A stretch of DNA of 64,000 nucleotides from Rebecca billardiae RCC1528. Taxonomy: Eukaryota; Protista; Haptophyta. The position numbers and the translations under genes were made by a program. The stretch's first letter is position 1, and every line of letters begins with the position of its first letter. Location: assembly GCA_965240325.2 (NCBI GenBank), contig OZ251249.1:1025460-1089459 (forward strand). Reading direction: 5' to 3'. Below, one piece after another: positions 10,948 to 22,173 of the stretch. The notes below the pieces were generated by a model, which saw only the letters and a list, made by a program, of their open reading frames with translations, was not told where the DNA came from and made no database searches.

Positions 10948-10995
10948 TCTGAACACCGGTCCGACGGTTCGACAGCGCGCGTCGATCGACGGACG

Positions 10996-12147
10996 ATGGG
11001 GTGGGCGGTCGTGCTGCCCACGATGTTGATGTCGTTGGTCGGTCAGGACCTGCCGACGAGTCTGGCCGAGATGTCCCTCGGTCGCATCCGGCCAGCGGGC
11101 GTGGCTAGCTCGTGCGCGCCGAGTGGGCTGTGGACGGATGCGTCGTTGGCGCGCGAGTTCAGGGCAGCGCTCGCACGCATAGCGTCGGCGCCGCTCGAGC
11201 GCGAGCCGTTCCCGCACCTGCACGTGCAGGGCCTCTTCTCCGACTGCTTCTACCACGACCTGCTCGACCAGCTCCCCGCGAACAGCGCGTTCGCAGCCAG
11301 TAGGTATGCCGGCACGGAGCCTCACCATGCCGTGATGTGCTTGCCTCGCAAGACGCTGGGCCAACCGACTCCCTCTCCTCTCAAAGTGCCCTCGGAATGC
11401 TGCAGCAACGGCTCACACGCTGTCACGCCCCGCGACCGGGAGGCGGCTTGCCAGAGGACGCGGTGCTTTCTCCGAAAGCGCCGGCTGACGCGCGCCGCCA
11501 GTAACAACCACGGCTGGGTGCTCATGCAGTCGATGATGACCGCCGACGGCCCGATGCCGCTCTGGGTGCAGCTGCAGCGCCTTGTGCACTCGGCCGACTT
11601 CATGACGCTGCTGGTCCGGCGCTTCTCGCTCGCCGACGGGGACGGCATCCCGGTGTGGAAGCGCGAGCGCTTGCGCGACCGCGGCGGGGAGTCGACGCTG
11701 CGCAACTCCGCCGCCCTCCGCATCGACCCTGAGTGGTACCAGCTCACGCCACACATCGACTTGTGGCAGAAGATCGTCACGTGGCAGTTCTTTCACCCCG
11801 TCGACGACTCGCTCGCGGCGCGCGGCGTCGGCACCCAGTTCATGCGACCGGCGCGCAACCTCGCTGGCACGTTCGTTGCCGACGACCGCGCCAACCCGCC
11901 GTGGTTCGCGTGGGAGGCGATGGAGACGGTCAAGGAGATGCCTGTCGCGCGCAACACCTTCTTCGCCTTCGCACCAAACAACAGGTCGTGGCACGCCGCG
12001 TCTATGAGCCCGAGCCAGCTCGACGGCATCAAGCCCGGCGCGCGAAGGAACTTCCTCGGCTTTGTGACGAGCGCGGCGTTCGATTACCACGGCTTCCAGG
12101 ATGCGCACGGCGACTATGCGGACCGCTTCTTCTGGCTCAGTGAGTAG
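10996..12147 (+). CDS. Secreted/organellar 2OG-Fe(II) oxygenase-like protein
   Basis: It has a hydrophobic N-terminus (MGWAVVLPTMLMSLVG), an N-terminal PFPHLHVQGLF, an HxD motif (LTPHIDLWQK), a distal H (SWHAA) and an R (RRNF), as in DSBH oxygenases. Confidence 0.7.
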   Translation: MGWAVVLPTMLMSLVGQDLPTSLAEMSLGRIRPAGVASSCAPSGLWTDASLAREFRAALARIASAPLEREPFPHLHVQGLFSDCFYHDLLDQLPANSAFAASRYAGTEPHHAVMCLPRKTLGQPTPSPLKVPSECCSNGSHAVTPRDREAACQRTRCFLRKRRLTRAASNNHGWVLMQSMMTADGPMPLWVQLQRLVHSADFMTLLVRRFSLADGDGIPVWKRERLRDRGGESTLRNSAALRIDPEWYQLTPHIDLWQKIVTWQFFHPVDDSLAARGVGTQFMRPARNLAGTFVADDRANPPWFAWEAMETVKEMPVARNTFFAFAPNNRSWHAASMSPSQLDGIKPGARRNFLGFVTSAAFDYHGFQDAHGDYADRFFWLSE

Positions 12148-13970
12148 CAGTCGCCCCTGCGCCGCAGGGGCGCGGCCGTGGCATCCTGAGTCATCAGTAG
12201 CCAGACCTGTGACGCTGATGCCGAGATGCTCCAGGGCTGTCGGCTGATCATGCGGCGACGTACGGCGGTCCGTGCGATGGGTCGCCACACCTAGGCCAGC
12301 AGCCGGACGACCCGACTCGGACGGCCTGCCGCGCCGGCGCGCCGCCCCTGACGCGGGCCGCGGCCGGAGTTACACTCGAGTACCAGTTCGGTACTGCTGC
12401 AAATATAAAATAACGGTAGTGCGCTGCACGGACAACGCGGTGCCGCATGCCCGGCCATGACCGGCGCGCTCTCGGATGAATCTGCTGACTCATCAGCAGG
12501 TAGCAGAGGCTTCCGTGCTGACGGGATTGTCAGTCCGCGACCAGCCGACGGAGTCGTCGTCAGTCTAACTACTGAGCAGAGTGACGACGAGTCGTCGTAC
12601 TGTAACTGATCGATGGTGTCCGTGCTACGCGGTTATCGGGCCCGCCGATTATCCGGGGTCAGTCACCGGCGCGACGCGGCCGCGGCCTGATTTTCTGTCG
12701 CCGGCTGAATGTGAGGAGCCGCGGGGCGCGGCCGCCGGTGAGTCTGAGTCATCGATCGTCCGGTCGGATCGGCCGCGCGATGATGCCGATCGACCGCCGC
12801 CGCCCCGCGGGCGCGCGGACGGCGCGGGGCCGACTCCATACGACGCCGGACTTCCGGCTCACTACCGCCGGTTACGCGGTACGTCTATATAGCTGCTGCT
12901 GATACTCCACTACTATCCAGTAGCACCGTGCCAACCCGCCAACCGCCCGGACCATAAGGCCGCGCCACACTCACTGGCGGCAGCTCAGACAGCTCAGCGC
13001 AGGCCGACTACGACCAGTACCGTCCAGTACGCGACGGTACCGCGTACTCTTATCGCGCGCCTTGAGAGTTGAGTCAGGAGGCTGTGATCGGACCGCGCCA
13101 TGCTGCGGCAACGCGCGGGCACTAGCTCTAGGCTAGTGCTGATGCGCTGTCAGTATATATATATATATAGTTTTCGTCGCGCCTCACTAGTTGTTTGAGT
13201 CACATCATCAGCATATATACACACAGCGCAAGATTTCGGAAAAGATGTCGTTACGGGCCCCCCCCTGCACCCGCCCGCTCGCGGAAATTCAGCATGGCGA
13301 CGCGCGGCGCGCTGAAGGGCGGGGAGCGTGCGCGCGCAGTCCCAGACTACCCCGACGAATTTCCCCGAGCGTCTCCCCATCGATCCAAGACACCCCGCCC
13401 TGCCCACAGCTCGAGATCGGAACAGGTGCAGTTGAGGTCGCGTGCCGCGCGGGCGGCTCGGGCGCCAGTGCGCACCTTTTTTTATGGATGGCCACAGAAC
13501 ACCCTTCTTCCTCGGTGAGGAGGCCATGCACGGCAGCCACAGGTGCGTATGCATTCGACTGAAGCCTGATCCGCAGCCGGCTGCTGCTCCGAGCACGCAC
13601 GCCGCTCGAGTTTGGAGCTGCGCGGCAAGCACTTCTACTCCGAGGCGATGATGCCAGGCGTGTGGGGTCAGATCACTGCGATGGCGCGCGAGGAGGGCGG
13701 CGACTAGGCGTCGCCGCCCGGCGATAACGGCGGAAGTTGTTGCGGCCCCGCCTCTCGCGGCCCCGCCTGCAGCACTCCGCTTACGGCGTTCGTGTCCGCC
13801 GCCCAGATCGAGCCCTCAGAGCGGATGCGGCTCGACGCCTCACACGGCGGGTGCAACCTGCAGCGCCGCCCCGCATGACCCAGCTGCCCGCGCGGCAGCT
13901 GCCGAGACCACGTGCCCGCGGCTCGACCCCTCCGTGTTGACCGCCGTCGTGTCACTACCGCCGCCTGGCC

Positions 13971-14894
13971 GTGCCGACTGCCCGCTGCTCTCACCCTTCC
14001 ACCTCCCTGCTGCCCGTGCAAGCCGGAGCTCGCCACCAGCTGCCCGCACTCGTCGACGAGACGCCGATCGCTGGCCCGGCCCATTGCTCATCGCCCGCCG
14101 CCCGCACGTCCGCGCCGCGGCGCCCGCCGCACGGCACGCAGCTCTCGGCGGCAAGCATTGCTGCCGTGGACGGCAGCGCCGACCTGCTCGCGATCCACGT
14201 TGCCGAACTGTCGGAGGCGAACGTGCGCAAGAGCTGCGAGCTGAGCGCCGTGCCGAGACTCGAGAAGCAGCTGCACGCGGAGCGCGCTGCAGCAGCCGAA
14301 CGGACGGCGGCGGCCGCCGAGACGATGGCTGCACTTAGGGTGCTGCTCGGCGTGGCCGAGGCCAAGTGGCGCGCAGCCTCGGCCGATGCCGCCGCGAGCA
14401 AGCCTGCTCGGCAAACCGCTGCGTTCGCGCTTGCCGCTGCTGCTCGGCGTGAGGCGCGCGCGCACGTGGCCGAGCGCGCTGCCGCGCGCGAGGAAGGCGC
14501 GGAGGAGCTTGGGCGGCTCGAAGCGGACCTGGCTACTGCGCACGAGGTGACACGTGCGGCGTGCGGGCGCGCGTCCCAGGCGCGTGCAAGCTCGAGCTCG
14601 CGCGCGAAGAACTTGGCGCCAAGCCTCCGCGCACGAGAGCGCGGCGGAGGCGGTGGCGGCGGTGCGGCGCACGAGCAGCGAGCAGCCGCGCCATCCAGTC
14701 GGACGAGCAGTGATGAAGTGCTTCAAAGCTCGGAGTCAGATTCACCGTTCACGTCGGTCACGGCCTGCCACGCAGCTGTCGGACTGAGTCCCGGTCCCGG
14801 TCATCGTCCGGCGCTGAGTCGTGACTCGCGGCAGCAGCCGCGCCCGGCGGTGCGGCGCGGTCAGCCCGCGGCGGCCCGCGCGGCTCACTGGTAG
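13971..14894 (+). pseudogene. Ala/Glu-rich coiled-coil gene fragment
   Basis: The middle of the ORF looks protein-like (LEKQLHAERAAAAERTAAAAETMAALRVLL), but there is no convincing start or end. Confidence 0.3.
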
Positions 14895-15195
14895 CAGTCG
14901 CCTGACCAAGTTAGAGTCGTGTTATTATCGACCAGTAGGACCGTACGTCGTGAGAGTCATCGCGGAGGCTGCTGAGTCAGCTGCGCCCGACCCGCTCCGC
15001 GCCTCCGGTCAGCCTCCGCGCCCGCTGCCGCCTCCGCCGCGGGGCCGGCCGATCGTCGGGCGGTCAGCCGCGTAGTCCGCGATGAAACTCGACGTCCAAC
15101 GGCCAACCGGTCCGCGCGCGAGTAACCGCCAAACCCGCCGGTCAAGTCGTAGTGTGAGCCGTGCTGACTGCGTGACGCCGCGGCCGGGCCCGGGC

Positions 15196-15287
15196 GCGCG
15201 GGTGCCAGTAGCTATACTATAGATACTAGCTAGGCCCCGGGTGCCAGTAGCTACTGGCACCCGGGCGGTAGCTACTGGCACCCGCGC
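15196..15287. repeat. Mini inverted-repeat cluster of GGGTGCCAGTAGCTA
   Basis: A 19-bp outer inverted repeat (15196-15214 / 15269-15287) encloses a perfect 30-bp palindrome, CCCGGGTGCCAGTAGCTACTGGCACCCGGG (15236-15265). Confidence 0.85.
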
Positions 15288-15599
15288 CACCGGTGACCCG
15301 CCCTGCCGCGGCCGCGGCCGCTCGGCCATTGTGACCCGGCGGCGAGTGAGAGTCCCCGTAGTCAGCTCTCATGATGGCCTCACGCGAGGATCGCGCCGGT
15401 ACGGACCGCTGCGACGACTGGTGGCGCGCGCCGACTTCTGTCTGTCTCGTGCAGCGAGCGAGCCGCGGCGCCGGCGGCAGCGGCGGCAGCCGTCGCGCCG
15501 CCGACTGCTGCGCTGGCTGCTGCTGCGGCGGCGGAGCTTCAACGGCGGCGAGCCGCGCGGCCCGCGCGGTCCGGGCACAGAGCGGCTGAGCTGTGACAC

Positions 15600-16150
15600 G
15601 GGATGCCGGACCGTCCCGCCGAGCGGCAACGGTCGTCACGGGCTGCACGTTGGGCTCGGACACGGCCGTGGTGAGGTTGACGAGAGCAAGTACGACCTCG
15701 CCGTTGTGCATGAACTTGAGCGAGATGACCGCGCTGAACGAGCAGACCAAGTCTGTTCGGCACGCCTCGCAGCGTGCGTCGAGGCCGAGGAAGGCTGGGT
15801 TCTCAGGAACGGTACTGCAGGCGACGGTGCACACCGAGCGGACGTTCTGCTCCACCACCTCCATACCGCCGAGCGCGACGAACTCGGGCGCACACAGTGC
15901 CTCGCGCAGGAACGCAGCAGTCAAGCCGCTTCGGCCCCTGCCGGTCACGTCGCCGAGTCACGCCGCAGCCGCTCATGAATCTTGCGCACCTGCGCGACGA
16001 AGAGGGCGGCGCTGCACGCGGACATGCAGATAGCGAGGAGCGCGACGTGCAACGCGTTCATCGCCGTCGCCAGAGCGCTACCAGACCCACACATCGCCTG
16101 CCATGCCGCCTCGACCGCCTCGCGCGAGCTCCACAAACAGTGCGCTTCTG
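15600..16150 (-). pseudogene. Degenerate gene fragment (TM segment, then possible PAS/PAC-like strand pattern)
   Basis: Protein-like segments AMNALHVALLAICMSACSAALFVAQVRK and SFSAVISLKFMHNGEVVLALVNLT are separated by a stop or frame change. Confidence 0.3.
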
Positions 16151-17135
16151 CCGCGCGAGCACGCTCTGCTGTGTGATCTGGTTGGTGTACCGGTGAAAAT
16201 GCATCGAGGGGCCCTTCGTATGCGGCATTAGACCTCGCACGTCCTTCTCCCCGCCCTTCTTTCACGCCAAGTGTCTGCGCGCGCGGCGATCCGCGGCGGC
16301 GGGCAGATGCGGCCACATGCAGGCGAGCAGCAGAAAGGGCGCGCGTGCATGGTGAACGCGTCAGATGCAGGATACGCGATGCGCATTTTGGGCATCTACA
16401 CTCCGATCCCGCCCATCGCCACTTATTCGCCAGACCCGCATCTCCAAGGGGCTCGGCGCTGTGCGCGCCTCTCCGCGCGCGAATGTTCAAATCATGGCCG
16501 CGCGTGCAAACGGGGTGCAGGTGGACGATGGATGCGGCGGAGCGATTCCTGCGCCGCGCCGCAAATGCGGGGAACTGTATTGCGCAGCTGAAGCGCACGC
16601 ACCATCGCGGCCCAGCCAAGCCGCTCGGTCCCAGGCCGACGCCAGCTGGCGACGTTCGTCGCGCGATGGGCGATTTCGACGACATCGCGACGCTCTCGAC
16701 CAAGTCGACTCCGGCCGTCCGCCGGCCGCGTCCAACTGCCGGCGAGGGGGGGCCACTCGGCGGTTATCGATTTTTTTAATGGGTTCGCCGAATTAGCTTA
16801 CGGTCGTGGCTGGCGGGCGATCCTGCGCTGTGCATCGGGGACGCAATGCTGGACGTATACGACTAGTAGTCCGCCGGCTCCGCCGCGCTCCGGGCCCGGC
16901 GCATATATCGCGCTGATGAGCGCGATCGCGGCGGATTATTCCGCGCGATATCTGCGGCTCTGCTCGCTAACTACTCGCGGGGGACTCCCGCGGACCAGAC
17001 CCCACTCGTCACACCGTACTCTCAGACAGGCGGCGCCCGACGTGATCACTGCTATCCGCGCCGCCGCCGCGGCAGCGGCCGCAGCAGCGGCGCGCCCCAC
17101 CTCGCGCGAGGCGGCGGGCCGCAGGGCCACGGCGC

Positions 17136-18345
17136 TCAGCTCGCGACGTAGCGGTAGGCGAGCGGTCCGAGCGGCAGCGAGAGCAGCGCGCACGCCTGCA
17201 GCAGCGCGCACGCCTCGAGCGCCCACAGCCGCCAGCCGCGCACCGAGAGCAGCCACGCGCACAGCGTGAGTGCCGCGCACCCCTTGGCCAGCATCGACCA
17301 CACCGAGCGCGAGCGGAAGTGCGACTCGGAGGCCGGGTCTCGCATGAGCATCTTGGAGGAGAGCATCGGCAGCGTGCTCACCATCAGGGCGCCCACCGCG
17401 CACAGCCACGCGCCCGCGGCGGCGCGCGCGCACGGCGCGCCGCCGCCGAGCCCGCCGAGGAGGAGCGCGGCGCCGCGCGCGGCCGAGGCGTGCGCGCCGC
17501 ACGTGAGCGCGCTCGCCGCGCTCGCGCACACGCCGCCGCCGCCGCCCGGCGCGGCGGCGGCGGCGGCGAGCGCGGCCGCGCGCAGCGCGAGCACGATCGG
17601 CGCGACCGCCATCAGCGCGCCCTGCGGGGCGGGCACGCCGCGGAAGAACTTGGCGCGCGAGATGTACGTCGTGGCGAACGCGTCGCGCCGCTCGTCCTGC
17701 GCGCCGCCCAGGTCGAGGTGCGGCGCGGAGAAGGCGTGCACCGGCGCGGCGCACGCGCCCACGGCGCCGCCGCCGCCGGCCGCGCCGGGCGGCGGCGCGG
17801 GCCGCAGCGTGCCCACGTTGAAGCGCGCGAGCCGGTACGCGGCGCAGAAGACGTACGCGAGGCAGCAGCCCCACAGCAGCCCGTCGAGCCACTCGCCGTC
17901 GCACCCCGCCGCCGGCGTCGCGCCCGCCGCCGCCTGCTCGGCGTCCCAGCGCGTCGCCCACGCGTGCACGATCAGCGCGGGCGCCTGCGCACACGGCGCG
18001 CGGCCGGGCAGCGGGGCGGGGCGTCGGCGCGGGCGGCGCGCGAGCGGGCGCGCACGAGTCGCGCGACGGGGCGCGCGCGGCGACGGCGCGCACCGCGCCA
18101 AAGTCGACGAGGTCGCAGAGCGAGTCGAGCTCGCCGCCAAACTGCGTGACCGCGCCCAGCCTGCGCGCGACGTGGCCGTCCAGCCCGTCGCACACGGCGG
18201 AGACGCCGAGCCAGAAGAGGGAGGCGGCGAACGAGCCGCGCGTCGCCTCGCGGATCGCGGTCATGCCGCAGCCCAGCGCCGCGAGCGTGAGCAGCGAGGG
18301 CGCCACCAGCGCCAGCGACGACGGCGCGCTCGGCGGCGGCGCCAT
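17136..18345 (-). CDS. CDP-alcohol phosphatidyltransferase (PssA/Pcs-like), 2 exons
   Basis: The family signature is present as CDGLDGHVARRLGAVTQFGGELDSLCDLVDFG. A GT-AG intron at 18093..17985 joins in frame to APALIVH...YRLARFN...FFRGVPAP. Confidence 0.88.
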
Positions 18346-18574
18346 GCTGGTGTCGATTAAAAGGACACGACGAGCAGGCGGGGTACTTACTTTACGAAAA
18401 AGAAGCGCTCGACGCGCTCCCTATTATAATACTGCCGCGAGGCGGCCGCAGCCAAGGGCGGTAGGTACCGCAGCCCTCGTCCAGGCCTCGCAGGCGGACA
18501 GCTGAACGAATTTTTCCGGCGGCGCTACCATCGGCGACGGCTTCATGCGGGCGGTGACAGTTGGCGGGCGTCAA

Positions 18575-18619
18575 TCTCGCCTGCCTGAGCTGTGTGCGTC
18601 TCTTATTCTTAGTAAACTG
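18575..18619 (-). promoter_or_regulatory. Conserved upstream motif, copy B
   Basis: Same 29-bp core plus AGTAAACTG, about 230 bp upstream of the ATG at 18345. Confidence 0.5.
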
Positions 18620-19738
18620 CAGTCATGTTGAAGCACCCCCCCCATGTCCTTCTTTCTGTGGGGGGGGGGGGTGCACCCTGCTCGAAGGGCTGATGGGCAG
18701 CAGGGGGGGGGGGGGGGGGGCAACCTGCTCAAGCTCAGGCTGGCGGGCTGCAGGGGGGGGGGGGGGGGGGGGGGGGGGGGGTGCTCGCACCCCGATTGAG
18801 CAGGCCCATTGGGTGCTGCGGCAGGCGCGCGCCGCGGGCCCGGGCAGGCCGTCGCAGTGCAGGAAGTGGTCCCAGAGCTCTGCAGAGCGCGCCTGCGGCG
18901 CAATGACTGGCCTTCATAGCAGTAGTCTTCATCACCCATCCGCCATCTCATGATATCCGCCTAAGCGGGGGCCATCGCGCCGAGCGCACCGCGCGTGACT
19001 CGTGTCGGCGCGGCCGACCGTGACGTCTACGGACTGCTCGGATTCGGACGCTCGTCACTCCCAACTGGGAATCGGCCGCCGACTGCACGAGCGGCACCCT
19101 GCCTAGGGCGGTCGGCGCGTCGCTGCTCGCGACGCACCTACTCCGAAGCAGACGCCCCTCGCCGGCCCGCAAGCTCGGCCACCATGCCACCGCGTGGCGA
19201 GCGCAACCGGTTGCGCTCTGGGCTGACCAAGCCAGCAACCGGGACGGCGGCGCGGACGCCGCGCCACCGCGTCCGCCTGCCGTCGCGGTTGGATTGAGCA
19301 CGGACCGTAGCACGAAGGCACGTGGCGTGCCAGCGCGCTGCCAGCCCACCAGCGCTCTCCGTTGCACGTACGCGCACAACGCACGCTTGGCCGGGCGCCG
19401 GGGGCCGTGGGGGAATCCAGCGCCGCCATCGTCTCGCTCGATCAGAGCGCGCGCCTTCGGCTATGCTGTCCTCATAGAAAGCACGCCAAAAAGGGCCAAA
19501 AAATTTCTTCGCCTCGGGCCTGCGGGGCCCCGGGGGAGGCCCCCCGGACCCCCCGCTGTGGGTCCGGGGGCTGGCGCCCCCGGACTTCCGGTGCAGGGGG
19601 GGGGGGGGGGGGGGGGCTACCACCTCGGGGCCGGCGCCAGACGCTGCAGGGGGGGGGGGGGGAGTTGCAACCTGATCAGACTCAGAAGGCCCCACAGATG
19701 AAGGACACAGTGGCAGGGTTACAACATCATGACTGCAG
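18617..19738. mobile_element. Non-autonomous element with imperfect ~50-bp TIRs and poly-G tracts
   Basis: The left end CTGCAGTCATGTTG...TGTCCTTCTTTCTGTGGGG matches the reverse complement of the right end, CTGCAGTCATGATGTTG...TGTCCTTCATCTGTGGGG. There are five long G runs (longest 29 nt, 18753-18781). No TSD was found. Confidence 0.6.
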
Positions 19739-19989
19739 TATTCTGTATTACCGTCCGGTAGATCCGATCGGGTACAGGGGTTGCCTGGGGCCGCAGACGT
19801 CACGGGGGGCGGGCGGCAAGGCAGCGCACGCCCAAAGACTCACTAAAGAGGCGCAGCGTCAGGTGCCCACGACGGCATGGGCGGCGTCGGCCGGCGCGGT
19901 CCCCAGAGACGCTGCGCCCTGCCACCGGGCTGGCCCCCGAACGCACGCTGTCAGCGCCAAGCGCGTGTCACGTCGGTCAGGGGGCGGCT

Positions 19990-22082
19990 CCCGGGAAGTA
20001 AGTGCAAGGCGCGGGCCCCGCACCCAACCAAGGAGTCTTTAAAACCCCACTGGGGAGGAAGGCAAGTGGACCCATGTTCTTGTACGCCGCGGTTCCAGAG
20101 TCCGCGGTGCTTTGGAAGCCTGGTCACAGCAGTGGCTTTTATTTGTCCGGAGATCGTTCAGAATAGGCGTTTCGGCTAGAAAATCACCACTGAAGCCTGC
20201 GAAATCACCGGACTTCAGAACCGCGGCGTACACGGATATCCCAACTGCAACAGATAGGATCTGATCCTATGGCATAGGATGAGTTCACCAGAGCGCCAGC
20301 GGCTCAGTTTTGCGCATACGATCATCGGTGTTGCTATATCGTACACACAACTCCACCGGCTGTCGACACACACCATCTCCGCCTGCCGCCACTGCCACGG
20401 CGGTCGCGCGCGCGCGCGCGCGACCGCGCGCGCGCGCGCGATCCTATGCCATAGGATCCGCGCCAGGGACGGCTACATAGGATCGGCATGACAGCGTCAG
20501 TTGCTCGCCCCTGGCAGCCGAGCGGCGACCCTGGGCACGGACGGCGCCGGCGGGTGCTCGCACCGGATGCCCGCGCTGCCGCCCGCACCGCCGCCCACGC
20601 CGCCAGGCGCGTTGCTGCCCGTGGCACACCGATTCTGGGGCGGGGCGAAGAGAGGGCAACCGCCATCGTGCGTGCGGCCACGGACCTCCCACGATGGTGG
20701 CGGCCGTCCTTGTGGACCACGAGCCCACGAATCCAAGAGCGTGCGGGTCGAGCGTCGCGTAAATCGACTGCGGCACACGCATGGCGTGTCCACAGGTGCG
20801 ATACCATCCACGCACGCGGCATGGCAAGATGTTCCGGCGGCTACTTCCGAGGCTTGCTCTACATGCGCGCCGATGCTCGATCGCAACCACCTGACGACGC
20901 GACCGACCCGCAGCGGCTTGCGCGCGCAGCCCCGCGGCGTGACGTACAATGCCGGCGAGGACCAAAACGCATTGTGGATGAACCTCGTACGGCTCCGGTC
21001 GAACACAGTGAACCACGATGTGTGAGCATCAAGCTGGGTGTCATCTACAAGTGCCACATGTCGGTCGGCGTTGCCGCCGTGGAGTCGCAAGGCGGCAGCG
21101 ACCGCGACGGCTTCACGCGCTCCATCCGTGGAGCCCAAAACATGCGGTGGTGGTCGAAAATCACAACAAGCTCGCTCTGGCGGATGGTGGCGACACTGCT
21201 ACCGACCCCTAGGTGCAGTCGTACCATTCAGCAACATGAGAAAATGTCGTCTGCTGAGTCGTCCCTGGGGCCATCCTATGCCATAGGATTGAATCCTATG
21301 GCAGATAGGATCGCAGTGGGATATCCGTACAGAACATGGGACCGAGCTCGCACTGGGGGCTTCCTCCCCAGTGGGTTTTTAAAGACTCCTTGACCCAACG
21401 GCCCGCCCCCGTAATCTCGGGCGCGGGAAGCCCCGGGAACACCCGAAACGCCACAGCAGAGCGCCGAACCGAGTTGGTGCCCACGCCCTTTGTGGCGAGC
21501 CCCAGCGCGCGGCACTCAACGCGCAGCCACGCCAGGCCACGCCGAATACGTGACGGCGCGCCCAGCGTCGTCGACAAACAGCGGCGCCGCGGAGGCGGTG
21601 GGAGGCCGATGCGCGAGGTAAGCCGCCACCGCACGAACCGGGCAGAGCGGCGAGTCCGAGATGGAGGGGAGCAGCAGCTCCCAAGCCTCTTCACCAGGGT
21701 GGTGCTTCCAATTTCGCACGAGGATGTACAGGCCGCGCGGCGAGGAGGAGACGTCGCAGCCGCGCAAAAGCTTCCACGGCGCCCAGCGAGACGCCGAACC
21801 GGACACCACCGTCTCCGATCGCACCACCGTGAAAAGCTGTACCAGCAGCATCGCGAAGAAGTGCGTTGTCTCAGAGCGAGTGCGGGCCGCCGCCGCGAGC
21901 ACCGCCGGCGACAGCGCGACCGGACGGGCACGCTCCCGCCCGCCCGTTTGGCGAGTAGCCCGGTGCCACGAGGTGGCTGCGGGCCCCGACATCCGCAATC
22001 CGGGCGGCCAGGTCCGACCGGCGAGCTGAGCCGCCACCAGTGCACAGCGGAGACGTACTGCTCGATGGAGCCCGCGGCGTAA
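19990..22082 (-). pseudogene. Tyrosine recombinase (DIRS/Crypton-like) pseudogene, frameshifted and interrupted by the P-like element
   Basis: The motifs SIEQYVSAV, FTVVRSE, VRNWK, LCPVRAVAAY, PLF, TNSVRRS and I..AGRW occur in order across three frames. The P-like TSD falls right at the GRW codons. Confidence 0.7.
20029..21392. mobile_element. Non-autonomous P-superfamily-like DNA transposon (1364 bp)
   Basis: The 33-bp TIRs (CAAGGAGTCTTTAAAA[C/A]CCCACTGGGGAGGAAG) have one mismatch. The 7-bp TSD ACCCAAC lies at 20022-20028 and 21393-21399. Subterminal inverted repeats are present. There is no transposase ORF. Confidence 0.85.
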
Positions 22083-22173
22083 CCCGCTTCACACCGAGAT
22101 GCAACGCGAACCGCTATCAGATCACCAGTCCTGAGATCACATCCTGAGATCAGATCACAATGATCTGATCTCA

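Noticed and set aside
20488-21393. ORFs inside the P-like element as a transposase
   Set aside because: No THAP or DDE motifs, and too short.
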